Assembly: GCA_022361175.1 (NCBI GenBank)
Contig: JAKSBN010000391.1
Location: 8,457 to 72,456, forward strand
From: Pseudomonadota bacterium
GTDB lineage: Bacteria; Myxococcota_A; UBA9160; UBA4427
Reading direction: 5' to 3'
DNA: 64,000 bases
The notes under the pieces are model-generated. The model was not told the origin of the DNA. It was given only the letters and a program-made list of their open reading frames with translations, and ran no database searches. The number at the start of each line of letters is the position of its first letter. Within the stretch, counting starts at the first letter, position 1. Of the stretch, positions 1 through 9,542 are shown in pieces. The position numbers were made by a program, and so were the translations under genes.

Positions 1-190
1 GGCGGTCCCAGCGCAGGACGGCCAGCCCCAGGAGTGCTGCGCCCGTCGCGAAGCCCAAGAGCTCGGCCAGACCGATGCCGCTGCGGCGCCCGAAGCCGAG
101 GCTGTCCACGAGGCCCGTGAAGAGAATCACGAGGCCGGCGAGGAGGGCCAGCAGCCAGCGCAGGCGCGGCGTCTGGGTGACGTCAGCCAT
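1..190 (-). CDS. small hydrophobic membrane protein, N-terminal part only (runs off the left edge)
   Basis: ATG at 190 (MADVTQTPRLRWLLALLAGLVILFTGLVDSLGF...) stays open to base 1. It overlaps the stop of the upstream gene (183-185) by 8 nt. It is absent from the ORF track because no stop lies inside the window. Confidence 0.35.
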   Translation of the reverse strand, partial: MADVTQTPRLRWLLALLAGLVILFTGLVDSLGFGRRSGIGLAELLGFATGAALLGLAVLRWDR

Positions 191-1259
191 GGGGGTCCGT
201 GTTGCGCGGCTGTGCCAGGCCGATGCCGGCGCCAGCGGCTGCCCCCGTGACGTTGGCCAGCCAGTCGGCCACGGCCGGGACCCGGCCTGGAATCTGAAGC
301 TGCGCCGCTTCCAACAACCCGCTCAAGAGCGCCGCCGCCGCGACGGCGGTGCCCCAGGCCGCGAGACCTCGCGCGCGGGGGCGGGACCAGACGAACAGCA
401 GCCCGAAAGGGGCGAAGCAGAGGGCGTTGGCCGCGCCGTCCAGGACCGCGGCGCGCCCCCCGAGCCGGGCCGGAAAGGCCTCCAGGGGCCGAGGTGGGGG
501 CCAGTGTGCGGGGCGCAGCAGGGGCGGGGTGTGCGCGGTGACGGCAGACAGCCCATCGGATGCGTTCCGCTCCGCGGTGTAGAGCGCGCGCAGTCCGGGA
601 CGCGCCGCGAGTGCGGGGAAGCCGGTCCGCCGGATCTCGCGATGCCGTTCGCGGACCTCGTCCGGCGAAGGCGGTCCGTCCCACACCGCCAGACCCGACA
701 CCAGGCCGCGCCAGCCGCCGAGACCGCGATCGACGTCGCCCAGCACCAGCCGCTGGGGGCCCGCGTCGGCGAGTCGCGGCGCGATCTCGCGCGTCGCCAG
801 CAGCGCGCCGTTCACGAAGACCCGCGCGGTGGTCGGGTCGGCGGCCAGGACCACGTGGTGCGTGTCCCGGTCCAACGGGACGCGGACCCAGATTTCGTCC
901 GGTGCTCCGGCGGAGGGGGCCGGACGCTCCAGTCTCCACAGCAGCCCCTCGCTCCACTGTGCCAGCACCCAGCGGGCTTCTCCGGAGCGGGACGAGCCAG
1001 CCAAGATGGAGGAGAGACGGGCGCCCGGCGGCTGCCTCGAGGCGAGGGCCAGCTCGACGGCGAAGCGCCCGCGCGCGGGGGCGTCCAGCGACACGGTGGC
1101 GAAGCCGCCGGGAGCGAGCTCGAGGCCGGCCGGAGTCGCGCGGGCGGAGTTGTCGCGGGCGCGGGTTCCGAAGCGCACGCCGGCGGCCACCAACGCGAAC
1201 ACCAAGCAGACCAAGGCCCCCCGCGCGAATCGCGCGCCGAACCGTCGACCGGACTTCAC
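183..1259 (-). CDS. membrane protein with a LamG/concanavalin-like domain fused to a VanZ-like C-terminal domain
   Basis: GTG at 1259 overlaps the TGA of the upstream deacetylase (GTGA). N-terminal TM segment (ALVCLVFALVAAGV), then a beta-rich region (HHVVLAADPTTARVFVNGALLA), then a VanZ-like hydrophobic tail (NALCFAPFGLLF...ADWLANVTGAAAG). The rest of ORF 183..2183 is a spurious extension. Confidence 0.5.
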   Translation of the reverse strand: MKSGRRFGARFARGALVCLVFALVAAGVRFGTRARDNSARATPAGLELAPGGFATVSLDAPARGRFAVELALASRQPPGARLSSILAGSSRSGEARWVLAQWSEGLLWRLERPAPSAGAPDEIWVRVPLDRDTHHVVLAADPTTARVFVNGALLATREIAPRLADAGPQRLVLGDVDRGLGGWRGLVSGLAVWDGPPSPDEVRERHREIRRTGFPALAARPGLRALYTAERNASDGLSAVTAHTPPLLRPAHWPPPRPLEAFPARLGGRAAVLDGAANALCFAPFGLLFVWSRPRARGLAAWGTAVAAAALLSGLLEAAQLQIPGRVPAVADWLANVTGAAAGAGIGLAQPRNTDPHG

Positions 1260-2224
1260 GGCTGCGCGAACGCCGGTGTGCGGCGGGCCAGCTGGGGCCG
1301 CTCCGACAGCGCAGCGGCGTGTTGCCCCATGGTGACCGGCTCGAACACGGCCGCGACGTCGGCCAGGTACTCCGCCACGCGAGCGCGCTTGACGGCGCCG
1401 CTCTGGCGCATGCCGGGGAAGAAGCCGAGGGCGTCCACGTCGTCGGCGCCCAGGAAGTCCAGGGGATGCATGAGGAGCGAGGGCTCCAACCGGTAGAGGC
1501 GGCACGCGCGCAGCGCCACGGCCAGATAGGTTCGAGCCAAGGTCTGAGAAAAATCGCTCAGATAGAGCAGGTAGCTCAAGTGAAATGGAAGCTTGAAGGC
1601 CGGCATCGTGGTGACTGGAATCTCCAGCAGACCGTCGCCTTCGAGCCGCCAGCGATACGGTTTCACGGGGCGGAGCCCATCCCGGAAGGAGCCGAAGAGC
1701 CCCGAGCGCTCCTCCTTTTGCTCCGGCGTGAGGTCCGCCTGCAGGAAGTAGTAGGCGCGGGCCAGCGGTCCCAAGTACGTGGGAAGCGTCGAGGCGTCGT
1801 AGCGATAGCCGCGCGCGGCAAGCACTTCGAGCACGGTCTCCGACAAGCTGTAGCCGGGCCCGCGGAAGCCCTCGGTCCGCACCCCGGTGGCGTCGCGGAT
1901 GGCGATCTCGGCGCGTTCGATCTCGTCTTCCAGCTGCGCCCGCGAGTAGCGGTGCAGCCAGGGCTCGTGGTGGAAGGAGTGATTCCCCACCTCGTGGCCG
2001 GCCTCGGTCAGGCGCGCCAGCAGCTCGCCGTGCCCCGGCAGCACGGCGTCCTGTCCGACGATGAAGAACGTGATGCGAAGCCCGCGCTCGGCCAGAAAGT
2101 CGAGCACCCGCGGCACCAACACGGGCAGGTAGGAGGGCAGCTTCTCCCAACCGGGGTCGCCGTGCGTTTTCATGTACGACCACTGGTTGTCCAGATCCAG
2201 CGAGAGGCTCGCGACGGGCTTCAC
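1256..2224 (-). CDS. polysaccharide deacetylase (NodB/CE4-like)
   Basis: GTG at 2224 overlaps the TGA of the upstream gene (GTGA), frame checked. Motifs: ITFFIVGQDA and HEVGNHSFHH. The N-terminal two thirds of ORF 1256..3412 are Arg/Gly-rich junk. Confidence 0.75.
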   Translation of the reverse strand: MKPVASLSLDLDNQWSYMKTHGDPGWEKLPSYLPVLVPRVLDFLAERGLRITFFIVGQDAVLPGHGELLARLTEAGHEVGNHSFHHEPWLHRYSRAQLEDEIERAEIAIRDATGVRTEGFRGPGYSLSETVLEVLAARGYRYDASTLPTYLGPLARAYYFLQADLTPEQKEERSGLFGSFRDGLRPVKPYRWRLEGDGLLEIPVTTMPAFKLPFHLSYLLYLSDFSQTLARTYLAVALRACRLYRLEPSLLMHPLDFLGADDVDALGFFPGMRQSGAVKRARVAEYLADVAAVFEPVTMGQHAAALSERPQLARRTPAFAQP

Positions 2225-3591
2225 GACTGCGCCTCCCGCAGATCGCTGGCCAGCAGCGACCGGGCGGCGCGCTCGGCCAGCGCGACGGTGTCGTTCACGT
2301 TGAGGGTGCCGTTCACGATGTGGGCCGAGCTCACGACGTGCAGGCCCGGAATCGAGGTGGTCATGGCCGGAAGCCGCTGCGAGTAGCCGATCACGGGGAG
2401 GGGGAACACTTCGCGAACGCGCGATACGCGAAAGGCCAGTACATCCGCCGGATCGAAGTGGGGATAGATGCGGCAGAGGGCGGCCTCGAACTGCGCTCGG
2501 ACGGTTTCGTCCGACTCGCCGAAGAGGGGATCGTCGGGCGTCGTGTACTTGGGCAGGTAGACCAGCGAGTGGCCGCCGAACTGTGCGCGGTCGACGAAGG
2601 CGGACATCTCCACCACCGCCGTGAAGGGCAGCTCCGGGTCGGTGAGATAGCTGAGGTAGTAGTCGGCCAGCGGTCTCTTCAGCAACAGGGACGCGCACAA
2701 GATGCCCTGGTACGCCACGCCCTCCAGGCGCGTCCGTTCGTCCGGGGTGAGGCCCTCGCAGACGGCCGCCGCCACCCGAGGCGTGGTGGTCAATACGACG
2801 CGATCGAACACCTCGACGCCGCCGCCTTCGTGAGAGACCTCGAGGCGGCTCTCTCCGGTGGCGTCCGCCAGCGCTCGGATCGACTTGACCCGCGCCCCCA
2901 GCGCCAGATGAACGCCTTCCGCCCGCAGCCGTTCGCCGAAGCGCTCGAGGATCCGGGCGTACCCGCCGGGCACGTAGCCGAACATCTCCTTCTTCAAGCC
3001 CGTGCGCCGGGCCGCGTAGAGGCGCTGAATGGTCGCCCAGATGAAGGCGGCCGAGGTCTCGTGATAGCCATCGCCCAGCTTGGCCCGCAGGAGCGGTTGC
3101 CAGAGCTTGCGGAAAGTCCCCGCTCCCGAGAGGCGCGTCAGCCACGTCTCCACCGGGATCGTCTCCAGGGACTGCCAGTTCTGAATGCGCGACGCGTAGA
3201 GAATCGTGGCGGCCAGCCGCAGCTTCTCCAGCAGCCGCAGGGCGGGCAGGCGCAGGTAGTCCAGGGCGTTCGAGAGGGAGACGAGTCGGCGGCCGTCGTA
3301 GAAGCCGGTCTTCGTCTCGACCCAGTTCATCTCGGACTCGAGGTCGAGATCGCGCAGGATGCCCCGGGTGAACGAGTCCGACAACAGCGTGACGTGGTAG
3401 TGGCGGTCCCACACCACCGGCCCCAGACGCCAGGCGCTGGCGAGGCCGCCCAGCTGGGGGGCCGCTTCCAGCAGCGTCACGTCGTGGCCGCCGCGGCGCA
3501 GGCGAAGCGCCAGGGTCAGGCCCGCCAGCCCGCCTCCCACCACGGCCACTTTGCGAGCGCTGACGGCTTCCGTATCGGGTTGAGGTGCCAT
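2221..3591 (-). CDS. FAD/NAD(P)-dependent oxidoreductase (amine-oxidase / HemY-like fold)
   Basis: Dinucleotide-binding motif KVAVVGGGLAGLTLALRL...LLEA...GG right after the ATG at 3591. About 456 aa. Confidence 0.7.
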   Translation of the reverse strand: MAPQPDTEAVSARKVAVVGGGLAGLTLALRLRRGGHDVTLLEAAPQLGGLASAWRLGPVVWDRHYHVTLLSDSFTRGILRDLDLESEMNWVETKTGFYDGRRLVSLSNALDYLRLPALRLLEKLRLAATILYASRIQNWQSLETIPVETWLTRLSGAGTFRKLWQPLLRAKLGDGYHETSAAFIWATIQRLYAARRTGLKKEMFGYVPGGYARILERFGERLRAEGVHLALGARVKSIRALADATGESRLEVSHEGGGVEVFDRVVLTTTPRVAAAVCEGLTPDERTRLEGVAYQGILCASLLLKRPLADYYLSYLTDPELPFTAVVEMSAFVDRAQFGGHSLVYLPKYTTPDDPLFGESDETVRAQFEAALCRIYPHFDPADVLAFRVSRVREVFPLPVIGYSQRLPAMTTSIPGLHVVSSAHIVNGTLNVNDTVALAERAARSLLASDLREAQS

Positions 3592-3604
3592 GCCGGGGTT
3601 CCCG

Positions 3605-4231
3605 CTAGCCGGTCCCGAGCTCGCGCACGCGACCGTCCCGGACGCCATAGCGGCGCTCGCAGCGCGGGCACGAGATCGAGTCGGCGTTCGGCGGGACCGG
3701 GCCGTCGAAGCGCAGGAAGGGCTCGCCGCAGCGGCACACCAGTCCGACCGCGCGCGCGGGGTGGCCCACGACCAGGTGGAAGTCGGGCACGCTGCGCGTC
3801 ACCACCGAGCCCATGCCCACCATGGCGAAGCGACCGATCTCGAGATCGCAGCCGATCACGCAGCGGGCCCCCAGCGTGGCGCCCTCCCGCACGCGCGTCG
3901 GGCGCGTGTCCGCACCGGGTTCGGACGGGACCAGCTTGGTGAGGTCGGGCGTGGTGGCGCGGGGGAAGCGGTCGTTGGTGAAGACGCAGCCCGCCGCCAC
4001 CATGACCCCGTCGTCGAGGGTCACGGCGTTGCAGACGTAGACGAAGGCGTTGAGCTTGACCCGGTCGCCGATGGTCACGCCATAGGCCACGTAGGTCTTC
4101 TCGCCGATGATGCAGTCGCGCCCGATGCGGGTGGGGCCGCGCAGGTGGACGTTGTCCCAGACCCGGGTCCCGGGGCCGAGCTCGACGCCCTCCTCGACGA
4201 GGGCGGTCGGATGAACGACGGCGGCCGTCAT
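3605..4231 (-). CDS. left-handed beta-helix (hexapeptide) sugar N-acetyltransferase, WbpD/WxcM-like, with a C-terminal CxxC...CxxC ribbon
   Basis: Hexapeptide repeats (IGRDCIIGEKTYV, IGDRVKLNAFVYV, LGARCVIGCDLEIGRFAMVGMGSVV). Tail is CRCGEPF...SCPRCERRY. Confidence 0.75.
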   Translation of the reverse strand: MTAAVVHPTALVEEGVELGPGTRVWDNVHLRGPTRIGRDCIIGEKTYVAYGVTIGDRVKLNAFVYVCNAVTLDDGVMVAAGCVFTNDRFPRATTPDLTKLVPSEPGADTRPTRVREGATLGARCVIGCDLEIGRFAMVGMGSVVTRSVPDFHLVVGHPARAVGLVCRCGEPFLRFDGPVPPNADSISCPRCERRYGVRDGRVRELGTG

Positions 4232-5223
4232 CCGCGGCCCGCTTCCACGACCTCCCAGTTGTTGCTTCCGAGAGACCGGTACGCGGCCTCCATCACGCGA
4301 ACGGAGGCCAGGGCGTCGTCCGCGGTGATGCGCAGCGCCTGGTCGCCCCGGACGGCCGCCTCGAAGTTCCGCAGCTGGTTCGCGAAGGCGGCCACCTTCT
4401 GGTAGCCCGTTCCGAACGTCACCCAGTCGCTGCTGGCCGTCTGGCGGTAGCGGGACTCGCGCCAGCCCACGCGCAGTGCGCCGGCGGAGCCGTAGATGTC
4501 GATGAAGTGGTCGAGCTCCTTGTTGAGAGACCAGGACAGGTCGATGGTGGCCATCACGCCGTCCCGGCTACGGAGGAACAGGCGCGCGGTGTCTTCGACG
4601 GCCAGGCCCTGAATGCGCTTGCCTTCGACGGCCTGCACTTCGGCCACGGGGCCCAGGAAGTAGCGGGCGATGTCGACCGAGTGGGTGCCGTTGTCGATGA
4701 GAACGCCGCCGCCGCTCAGCTGGGGATCGGCGTTCCAGCGCTTCGACATGTCCACGTGGGCGGTAAAGGCGTTCTCGAACAACACCAGGTCGCCGACGAC
4801 GCCCGATTCCACCATGCTGCGGGCGCGGACGACGTCGTCCACATAGCGAAACTTGGAGGCCATCGTGAAGACGACGTTGGCGGACTTGGCCTTCTCCAGC
4901 AGCGCCTCGGCCGTCGCGGAGTCGAGGCACAGCGGCTTCTCGCACAGGATCGAGAGCCGGCGGTCCAGGAGGGCGTGACAGATGTCCGCGTGGGAGGCGG
5001 GCGGCGTGCAGACGATGACGGCGTCGCAGTCGGTCTCTTCGGCCAGCGCCTCGGCGCTCTCGAAAGCCGGGCAGTCGGCTTCCTCGGCCATCGCGTGCGC
5101 GGCGTCGAGACGCACGTCCGCGATGCCCGCCAAGGTCAGCGAGTCGACCTGCCGCACGGCTTCCAGATGGGCCTGGGCGATGGCGCCCGCGCCGACCAAT
5201 CCGATTCGCATGATGTCCCCCAT
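4228..5223 (-). CDS. Gfo/Idh/MocA-family NAD-dependent sugar oxidoreductase (WbpB-like)
   Basis: MRIGLVGAGAIAQAHL Rossmann start and the EKPL motif (ILCEKPLC). The ATG at 5223 shares one base with the upstream TAA (TAATG). The stop overlaps the acetyltransferase start. Confidence 0.8.
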   Translation of the reverse strand: MGDIMRIGLVGAGAIAQAHLEAVRQVDSLTLAGIADVRLDAAHAMAEEADCPAFESAEALAEETDCDAVIVCTPPASHADICHALLDRRLSILCEKPLCLDSATAEALLEKAKSANVVFTMASKFRYVDDVVRARSMVESGVVGDLVLFENAFTAHVDMSKRWNADPQLSGGGVLIDNGTHSVDIARYFLGPVAEVQAVEGKRIQGLAVEDTARLFLRSRDGVMATIDLSWSLNKELDHFIDIYGSAGALRVGWRESRYRQTASSDWVTFGTGYQKVAAFANQLRNFEAAVRGDQALRITADDALASVRVMEAAYRSLGSNNWEVVEAGRG

Positions 5224-6443
5224 TACTCGTCCCCTGCGGCCAGGCGCGCCGCGGTTTCGCGAATGGACTGCGCCAGATGGTCCACGTGAGCCTCGGCGTA
5301 GTGCTCGTTCCAGGGCAGGACCAGGATGCGGCGCAGGGCTTCGAAGGTGCCCGGAAAGCGCTCCGGCGCGTAGTCGACGGCTTCGGGCCGGGCCAGCGAG
5401 AACGGGTAGCGGCTGGTCCCGAAGGTCCGCTGCTCGCGGAAGACCTCGCACTGGAACGCGGGCTTCTGGATGTATCGGGGGGCCGAGGCGACGTCGTACT
5501 CGCGCAGGCCCGCGCCGAAGGCCGGGCTGCCGCCCGCCAGCAGCGCATCGTCGATGTGGAGGCAGTACTTCCAGAAGGTGTGGTCGCAGGCGTCCGACAC
5601 CTGGGGGAGGCCGACCCCCGGCACGTCCGCGATGCGCTCCGACAGCGCGGCGGCCGTGCGGACGCGATTCCGGACCACCTCCTCGAGCTTGGCCAGCTGG
5701 GCCAGGGCCACGGCGCCGGTGATCTCGTTCATGCGGTAGTTGAGCGCCAGGAAGTAGTGATCCGGCTTCGCGTCGCCGTAGCCCCAGGCCTTGTTGATGA
5801 AGAGGAAGATGCGCCGGGCCAGGTCGTCGTCGTTGGTGGTGACGAGGCCGCCCTCACCGCTGGTGATGTGCTTGCCCTGCTGCAGGCTGAAGCAGCCGAC
5901 GTCGCCGAGGCTCCCCACCAGCCGGCCTTCAGAGCGCGCCAGGTAGGCCTGGGCGCAGTCCTCGATGACCGGGATCCCGCGCTGGCGCGCCAGCTGCAGG
6001 ATGGCCGGCATGTCGCACGGGTTGCCGAAGAGGTGCGTCACCAGAATCGCCCGCGTCCGCTCGGAGAGCACCGCTTCGATGGATTCGGCGGTCACGTTGT
6101 AGGTGCGCGGATCCACGTCGGCGAAGACCGGGATCGCTCCCTGGTAGAGGATCGGCGTGAGGGCGCCCATGTCGGTGATGGACGTGGTGACGACCTCGTC
6201 GCCGGGCTCGGGGTCGAGGGCCGCCAGCGCACAGTGGACGGCGGCGGTTCCCGAAGTGCAGGCGAAGGCGTGCCGGACGCCCAGGCTCTCCGCGAACTGC
6301 GCCTCCAAGCGCTTGACGAACGAGCCCTTGGTGCTGGTCAGCGTGCCGGACTTGAGCGCCTCCGCGACTGCGGCGATCTCTTCGTCGCCGAGGGTGCGGC
6401 CGGTGGCGTCTTGGTCGGAGGGGAAGGGAATGCGGGGAGCCAT
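5223..6443 (-). CDS. DegT/DnrJ/EryC1/StrS-family PLP aminotransferase (WbpE-like)
   Basis: Family-typical stretches: FAESLGVRHAFACTSGTAAVH, VIEDCAQA, FSLQQGKHITSGEGG (PLP lysine), LNYRMNEITGAVALAQL. Confidence 0.85.
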   Translation of the reverse strand: MAPRIPFPSDQDATGRTLGDEEIAAVAEALKSGTLTSTKGSFVKRLEAQFAESLGVRHAFACTSGTAAVHCALAALDPEPGDEVVTTSITDMGALTPILYQGAIPVFADVDPRTYNVTAESIEAVLSERTRAILVTHLFGNPCDMPAILQLARQRGIPVIEDCAQAYLARSEGRLVGSLGDVGCFSLQQGKHITSGEGGLVTTNDDDLARRIFLFINKAWGYGDAKPDHYFLALNYRMNEITGAVALAQLAKLEEVVRNRVRTAAALSERIADVPGVGLPQVSDACDHTFWKYCLHIDDALLAGGSPAFGAGLREYDVASAPRYIQKPAFQCEVFREQRTFGTSRYPFSLARPEAVDYAPERFPGTFEALRRILVLPWNEHYAEAHVDHLAQSIRETAARLAAGDE

Positions 6444-6703
6444 GGGCGGAGACCTCTCTTGCACAAAATGTTGGCGCCAATCGGGGGGCCCGGCGAGGTG
6501 CGAGATGCCCAGTGAGTGGTCCGAAAGGCCGAAAAGGGGTCACATCTCGATCTCGGCCCCTCGGGGCCGAGAGGGGTGGGCGCGGCTTCTGGGCCACTCG
6601 TTCAGAGCCGGGAATCCGGGTACGGTGCACCCCCAACCACGAGCCCCCACGGGGCCAGAAACCCACGTCACCGGACCGACGGGGAACGGCACTCTCCTGA
6701 GGC

Positions 6704-7846
6704 ATGAACCGGCGCCAACTCGCGAAAGTCGGCCTTCTGGTGCTGCTGGTGGTGGCGCCGATCGAGGCCTTGTCCTGCGCCGCCGGGCGGCTCCTGGCGG
6801 CTCAGGGCTGGCTCTACCGGCATCCCGGCACCGAGGGCTACGCGGCCTATCGGGCCCGCCGGGATCCCGTGCTGGGCTGGCCGGCACCGGATCAGGTCGG
6901 GCGAGGCGAGATGGACGCGGCCGGCTCGCGGAGCGTGCCGGCGTTCCCGGACCCGGAGCGTCCGAACTGCGTGGCGCTCTACGGCGACTCGTTCACCTGG
7001 GGCGACGAGGTGGGGCCTGAAGACGCCTACGGCAACGTGCTGGCCGAGCGTCTGGGCTGCCGCGTCGCGAACTACGGGGTGCCCGGCTACGGCTCGGACC
7101 AAGCCTTCCTGCGCTACCGCGACCGGGTCGGCGACGGCGCGCCGGTGGTGGTGCTCGGGCACTTCTCCGAGAACGTGATCCGCAACGTGAACCAGTACCG
7201 CGGCTTCATCTCGCGCGGCGACTTCGGCCTGAAGCCCCGGTTCGTGGCCGAGCCGGGCGGCGGGCTGCGGTTGGTCCCGCTGCCCGACCTGACCGAGGCG
7301 GAGTTCGCCGAGATCCACCTGCGCCCCGAACTCCTGGGGCACGACTTCTTCCAGCCCGGCGGCGCGGCCGGGATCTCGAATCTGGAGTTTCCGTTCACGC
7401 TCTCGGTGCTGGGAATCGCGCGGCACTATCGCGTGCGGAGCTGGTTCGAAGCCGGTCCGTCCTACGCGCGCTTCTACCACCCGGACGACAGCTCCCGCGG
7501 CCTCGCGGTCACGAGCGGCATCCTGAAGGCCTTCGAACGGGAAGCGCGCCGCCGCGGCCAGCGGCCCGTCGTGATCTTGATTCCCGATGAGAAGGACCTG
7601 ATCGCGTTGGCCGAGACGGGAGCGCTGCCGTACGCCAGCCTCGCCGCCGAGCTGACGGCCGCGGGCATCGCGACGCCCGGAGTGGCCGAGCGGATGCAGC
7701 GGGAACTGGGCGACCGAGATCCCTGCGCGCTCTACACGCGCTGCGGCGGGGCCCACTTCAACCCCGAGGGCTACGCGTTGCTGGCGCAGATCGTCTTCGA
7801 GTGGATCGAAGCCGGCGGGCTCTTGGACCCCGAGGCCCAGTCGTGA
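6704..7846 (+). CDS. membrane-anchored SGNH/GDSL hydrolase-acyltransferase, paralog 1
   Basis: N-terminal TM (VGLLVLLVVAPI), block I LYGDSFTWG, block V GGAHFNPEGY. Confidence 0.65.
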   Translation: MNRRQLAKVGLLVLLVVAPIEALSCAAGRLLAAQGWLYRHPGTEGYAAYRARRDPVLGWPAPDQVGRGEMDAAGSRSVPAFPDPERPNCVALYGDSFTWGDEVGPEDAYGNVLAERLGCRVANYGVPGYGSDQAFLRYRDRVGDGAPVVVLGHFSENVIRNVNQYRGFISRGDFGLKPRFVAEPGGGLRLVPLPDLTEAEFAEIHLRPELLGHDFFQPGGAAGISNLEFPFTLSVLGIARHYRVRSWFEAGPSYARFYHPDDSSRGLAVTSGILKAFEREARRRGQRPVVILIPDEKDLIALAETGALPYASLAAELTAAGIATPGVAERMQRELGDRDPCALYTRCGGAHFNPEGYALLAQIVFEWIEAGGLLDPEAQS

Positions 7847-8631
7847 CCGATCGGGCGGGCGAGCGCTTTCAGGTTCTGGGAGTCGACGTCCTCGATCGCT
7901 CGATGGAAGAGGCGGTGGCGCTGTTGGAGCAGTGCATTCGCGAACCGGAGGCCGAGGCCCGGGCGGTCTACTTCGTGAACGCGCACACTTTGAACGTGGC
8001 CCACGCCAATTCCGAGTATCGCGCCGTGCTGCGAGCGGGCGATCTCGTCTTCGGCGACGGCACCGGAGTTCGATGGGCGGCGCGCTACCTGCACGGACGG
8101 CGCCTGCGCGGCAACGTGAACGGCACCGATCTGGTGCCGGCGCTGTTCGCGGGGCTCGCGGGCCGCGGCTACCGGTACTTCCTGCTGGGAGCCACGCCCG
8201 ACGCGATCGAACGCTCGGCGGAGCACGCCCGTCGCGCGTTTCCCGGCTGGACGCTCGCGGGCTACCACCACGGCTACGTGGACATCGATTCCTGCGCGGA
8301 GGTGCTGGAAACGATCGAGACGGCTCAGCCCCACCTGCTGTTGGTGGGCATGGGCAACCCGAAGCAGGAACGCTGGATCCACCACAACCGGTCGCGGCTG
8401 AAGGTGCCGCTCTGTCTCGGCATCGGCGGACTGCTGGACTACTGGGCCGGGGATCTGGACCGGGCGCCCGGGTGGATCCGGCGCCTCGGCTTCGAGTGGC
8501 TCCACCTGCTGCGCCGGCAGCCGCGGAAGTTTCGCCGCTACGTGATCGGCAACCCGCAGTTCTTGCTGCGGGTGGCGCGGAGCAAGTGGGGCCGAGGGCC
8601 GGTGGCCCTCTCCCGCGGAGAGGCGGGCTGA
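7843..8631 (+). CDS. WecB/TagA/CpsF-family glycosyltransferase (GT26)
   Basis: Motifs FVNAHTLN, GDGTGVRWAA, LVGMGNPKQERW, LGIGGLLDYWAG. GTG at 7843 overlaps the upstream TGA (GTGA). A start at 7801 is also possible. Confidence 0.75.
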   Translation: MTDRAGERFQVLGVDVLDRSMEEAVALLEQCIREPEAEARAVYFVNAHTLNVAHANSEYRAVLRAGDLVFGDGTGVRWAARYLHGRRLRGNVNGTDLVPALFAGLAGRGYRYFLLGATPDAIERSAEHARRAFPGWTLAGYHHGYVDIDSCAEVLETIETAQPHLLLVGMGNPKQERWIHHNRSRLKVPLCLGIGGLLDYWAGDLDRAPGWIRRLGFEWLHLLRRQPRKFRRYVIGNPQFLLRVARSKWGRGPVALSRGEAG

Positions 8632-8633
8632 CG

Positions 8634-9518
8634 ATGGCCGGTCCGATCGCCGATCGCCGCTGGCTCGTGAAGAAGGCGGCCCGCAAGTTCGTGGCGGAGG
8701 CGTCGTGGGCGAGCGGCTCGCTGGGGCTGCGGCGTCTCGGGCGCGGCCCCCGCGTACGCGCGCTCACCTACCACCGCTTCGGCGAGCTCGACCGCGATCC
8801 GTTCTGCATCCGACCCACCGCCTTCGAGGCCCAGATGCGCTGGCTCGCCGAGAGCGGGCTGGCCGTCTCCCTGGCCGATCTGGAGGCCTTTGTGGCGGGT
8901 CGCCGATCGCTGCGGGACGGCTCGGTGCTGGTCACCATCGACGACGGCTGCGAGAGCACCTTCACCCACGCGCTGCCGATCCTGCGAGAGTACGCGGTGC
9001 CGGCCGTCGCCTACGTCACCGCCAGCCTGGTGGACAACCTGGACGCCGCCGCGGGGGAGCCCGAGCGGTACCTGACGTGGGACGAGCTGGCCTCCGTGGC
9101 CGAGGGGGGCGTGACGGTGGGTTCGCACGCGTGGACCCACAACTCGCTGGGGCGGATGCCGCTGGAGCGCGCTCGCGAGCAGGCCCGGCGGTCCCGCGCC
9201 CTGCTGGAGGAGCGCCTCGGCGTGCCGATTCGATCGTTCGCGTATCCGTTCGGCACGCGGGCCGACTACAGTGCGGCCACCGGCCGAGTGCTCGGCGAGG
9301 AGGGCTACACGACGGTGTTCACGTCGCAGCACGGCTCGCTGGGGGCCGGGTCGGATCCCACGGCCCTGTCCCGCGTGAAGGTGGAGGGCGGCGAGTCGCT
9401 GCGCATGTTCCGGCTCACGTGCCGCGGTGCCATGGACCCGTGGCGCGCCGTCGACTGGGCGCTCTGGAGGGCCCAACTGTCCCGCAAGGAGCCCGTCCTC
9501 CAGGAGGCGGGAACTTAG
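8634..9518 (+). CDS. polysaccharide deacetylase (CE4), second copy
   Basis: ATG lies 3 nt after the upstream stop. Motifs LTYHRF, VLVTIDDGCES, GSHAWTHNSL. The first 234 codons of ORF 7932..9518 are spurious. Confidence 0.7.
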   Translation: MAGPIADRRWLVKKAARKFVAEASWASGSLGLRRLGRGPRVRALTYHRFGELDRDPFCIRPTAFEAQMRWLAESGLAVSLADLEAFVAGRRSLRDGSVLVTIDDGCESTFTHALPILREYAVPAVAYVTASLVDNLDAAAGEPERYLTWDELASVAEGGVTVGSHAWTHNSLGRMPLERAREQARRSRALLEERLGVPIRSFAYPFGTRADYSAATGRVLGEEGYTTVFTSQHGSLGAGSDPTALSRVKVEGGESLRMFRLTCRGAMDPWRAVDWALWRAQLSRKEPVLQEAGT

Positions 9519-9542
9519 CCGGCGACCGGCGCGATCGGCCCG

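Noticed and set aside
6551-6572. GC-rich inverted repeat TCTCGGCCCC-TC-GGGGCCGAGA, initially read as a terminator
   Set aside because: It lies between two divergently transcribed gene starts (6443 minus, 6704 plus), so it terminates nothing. It could be an operator or a leader hairpin, but I have no further support.
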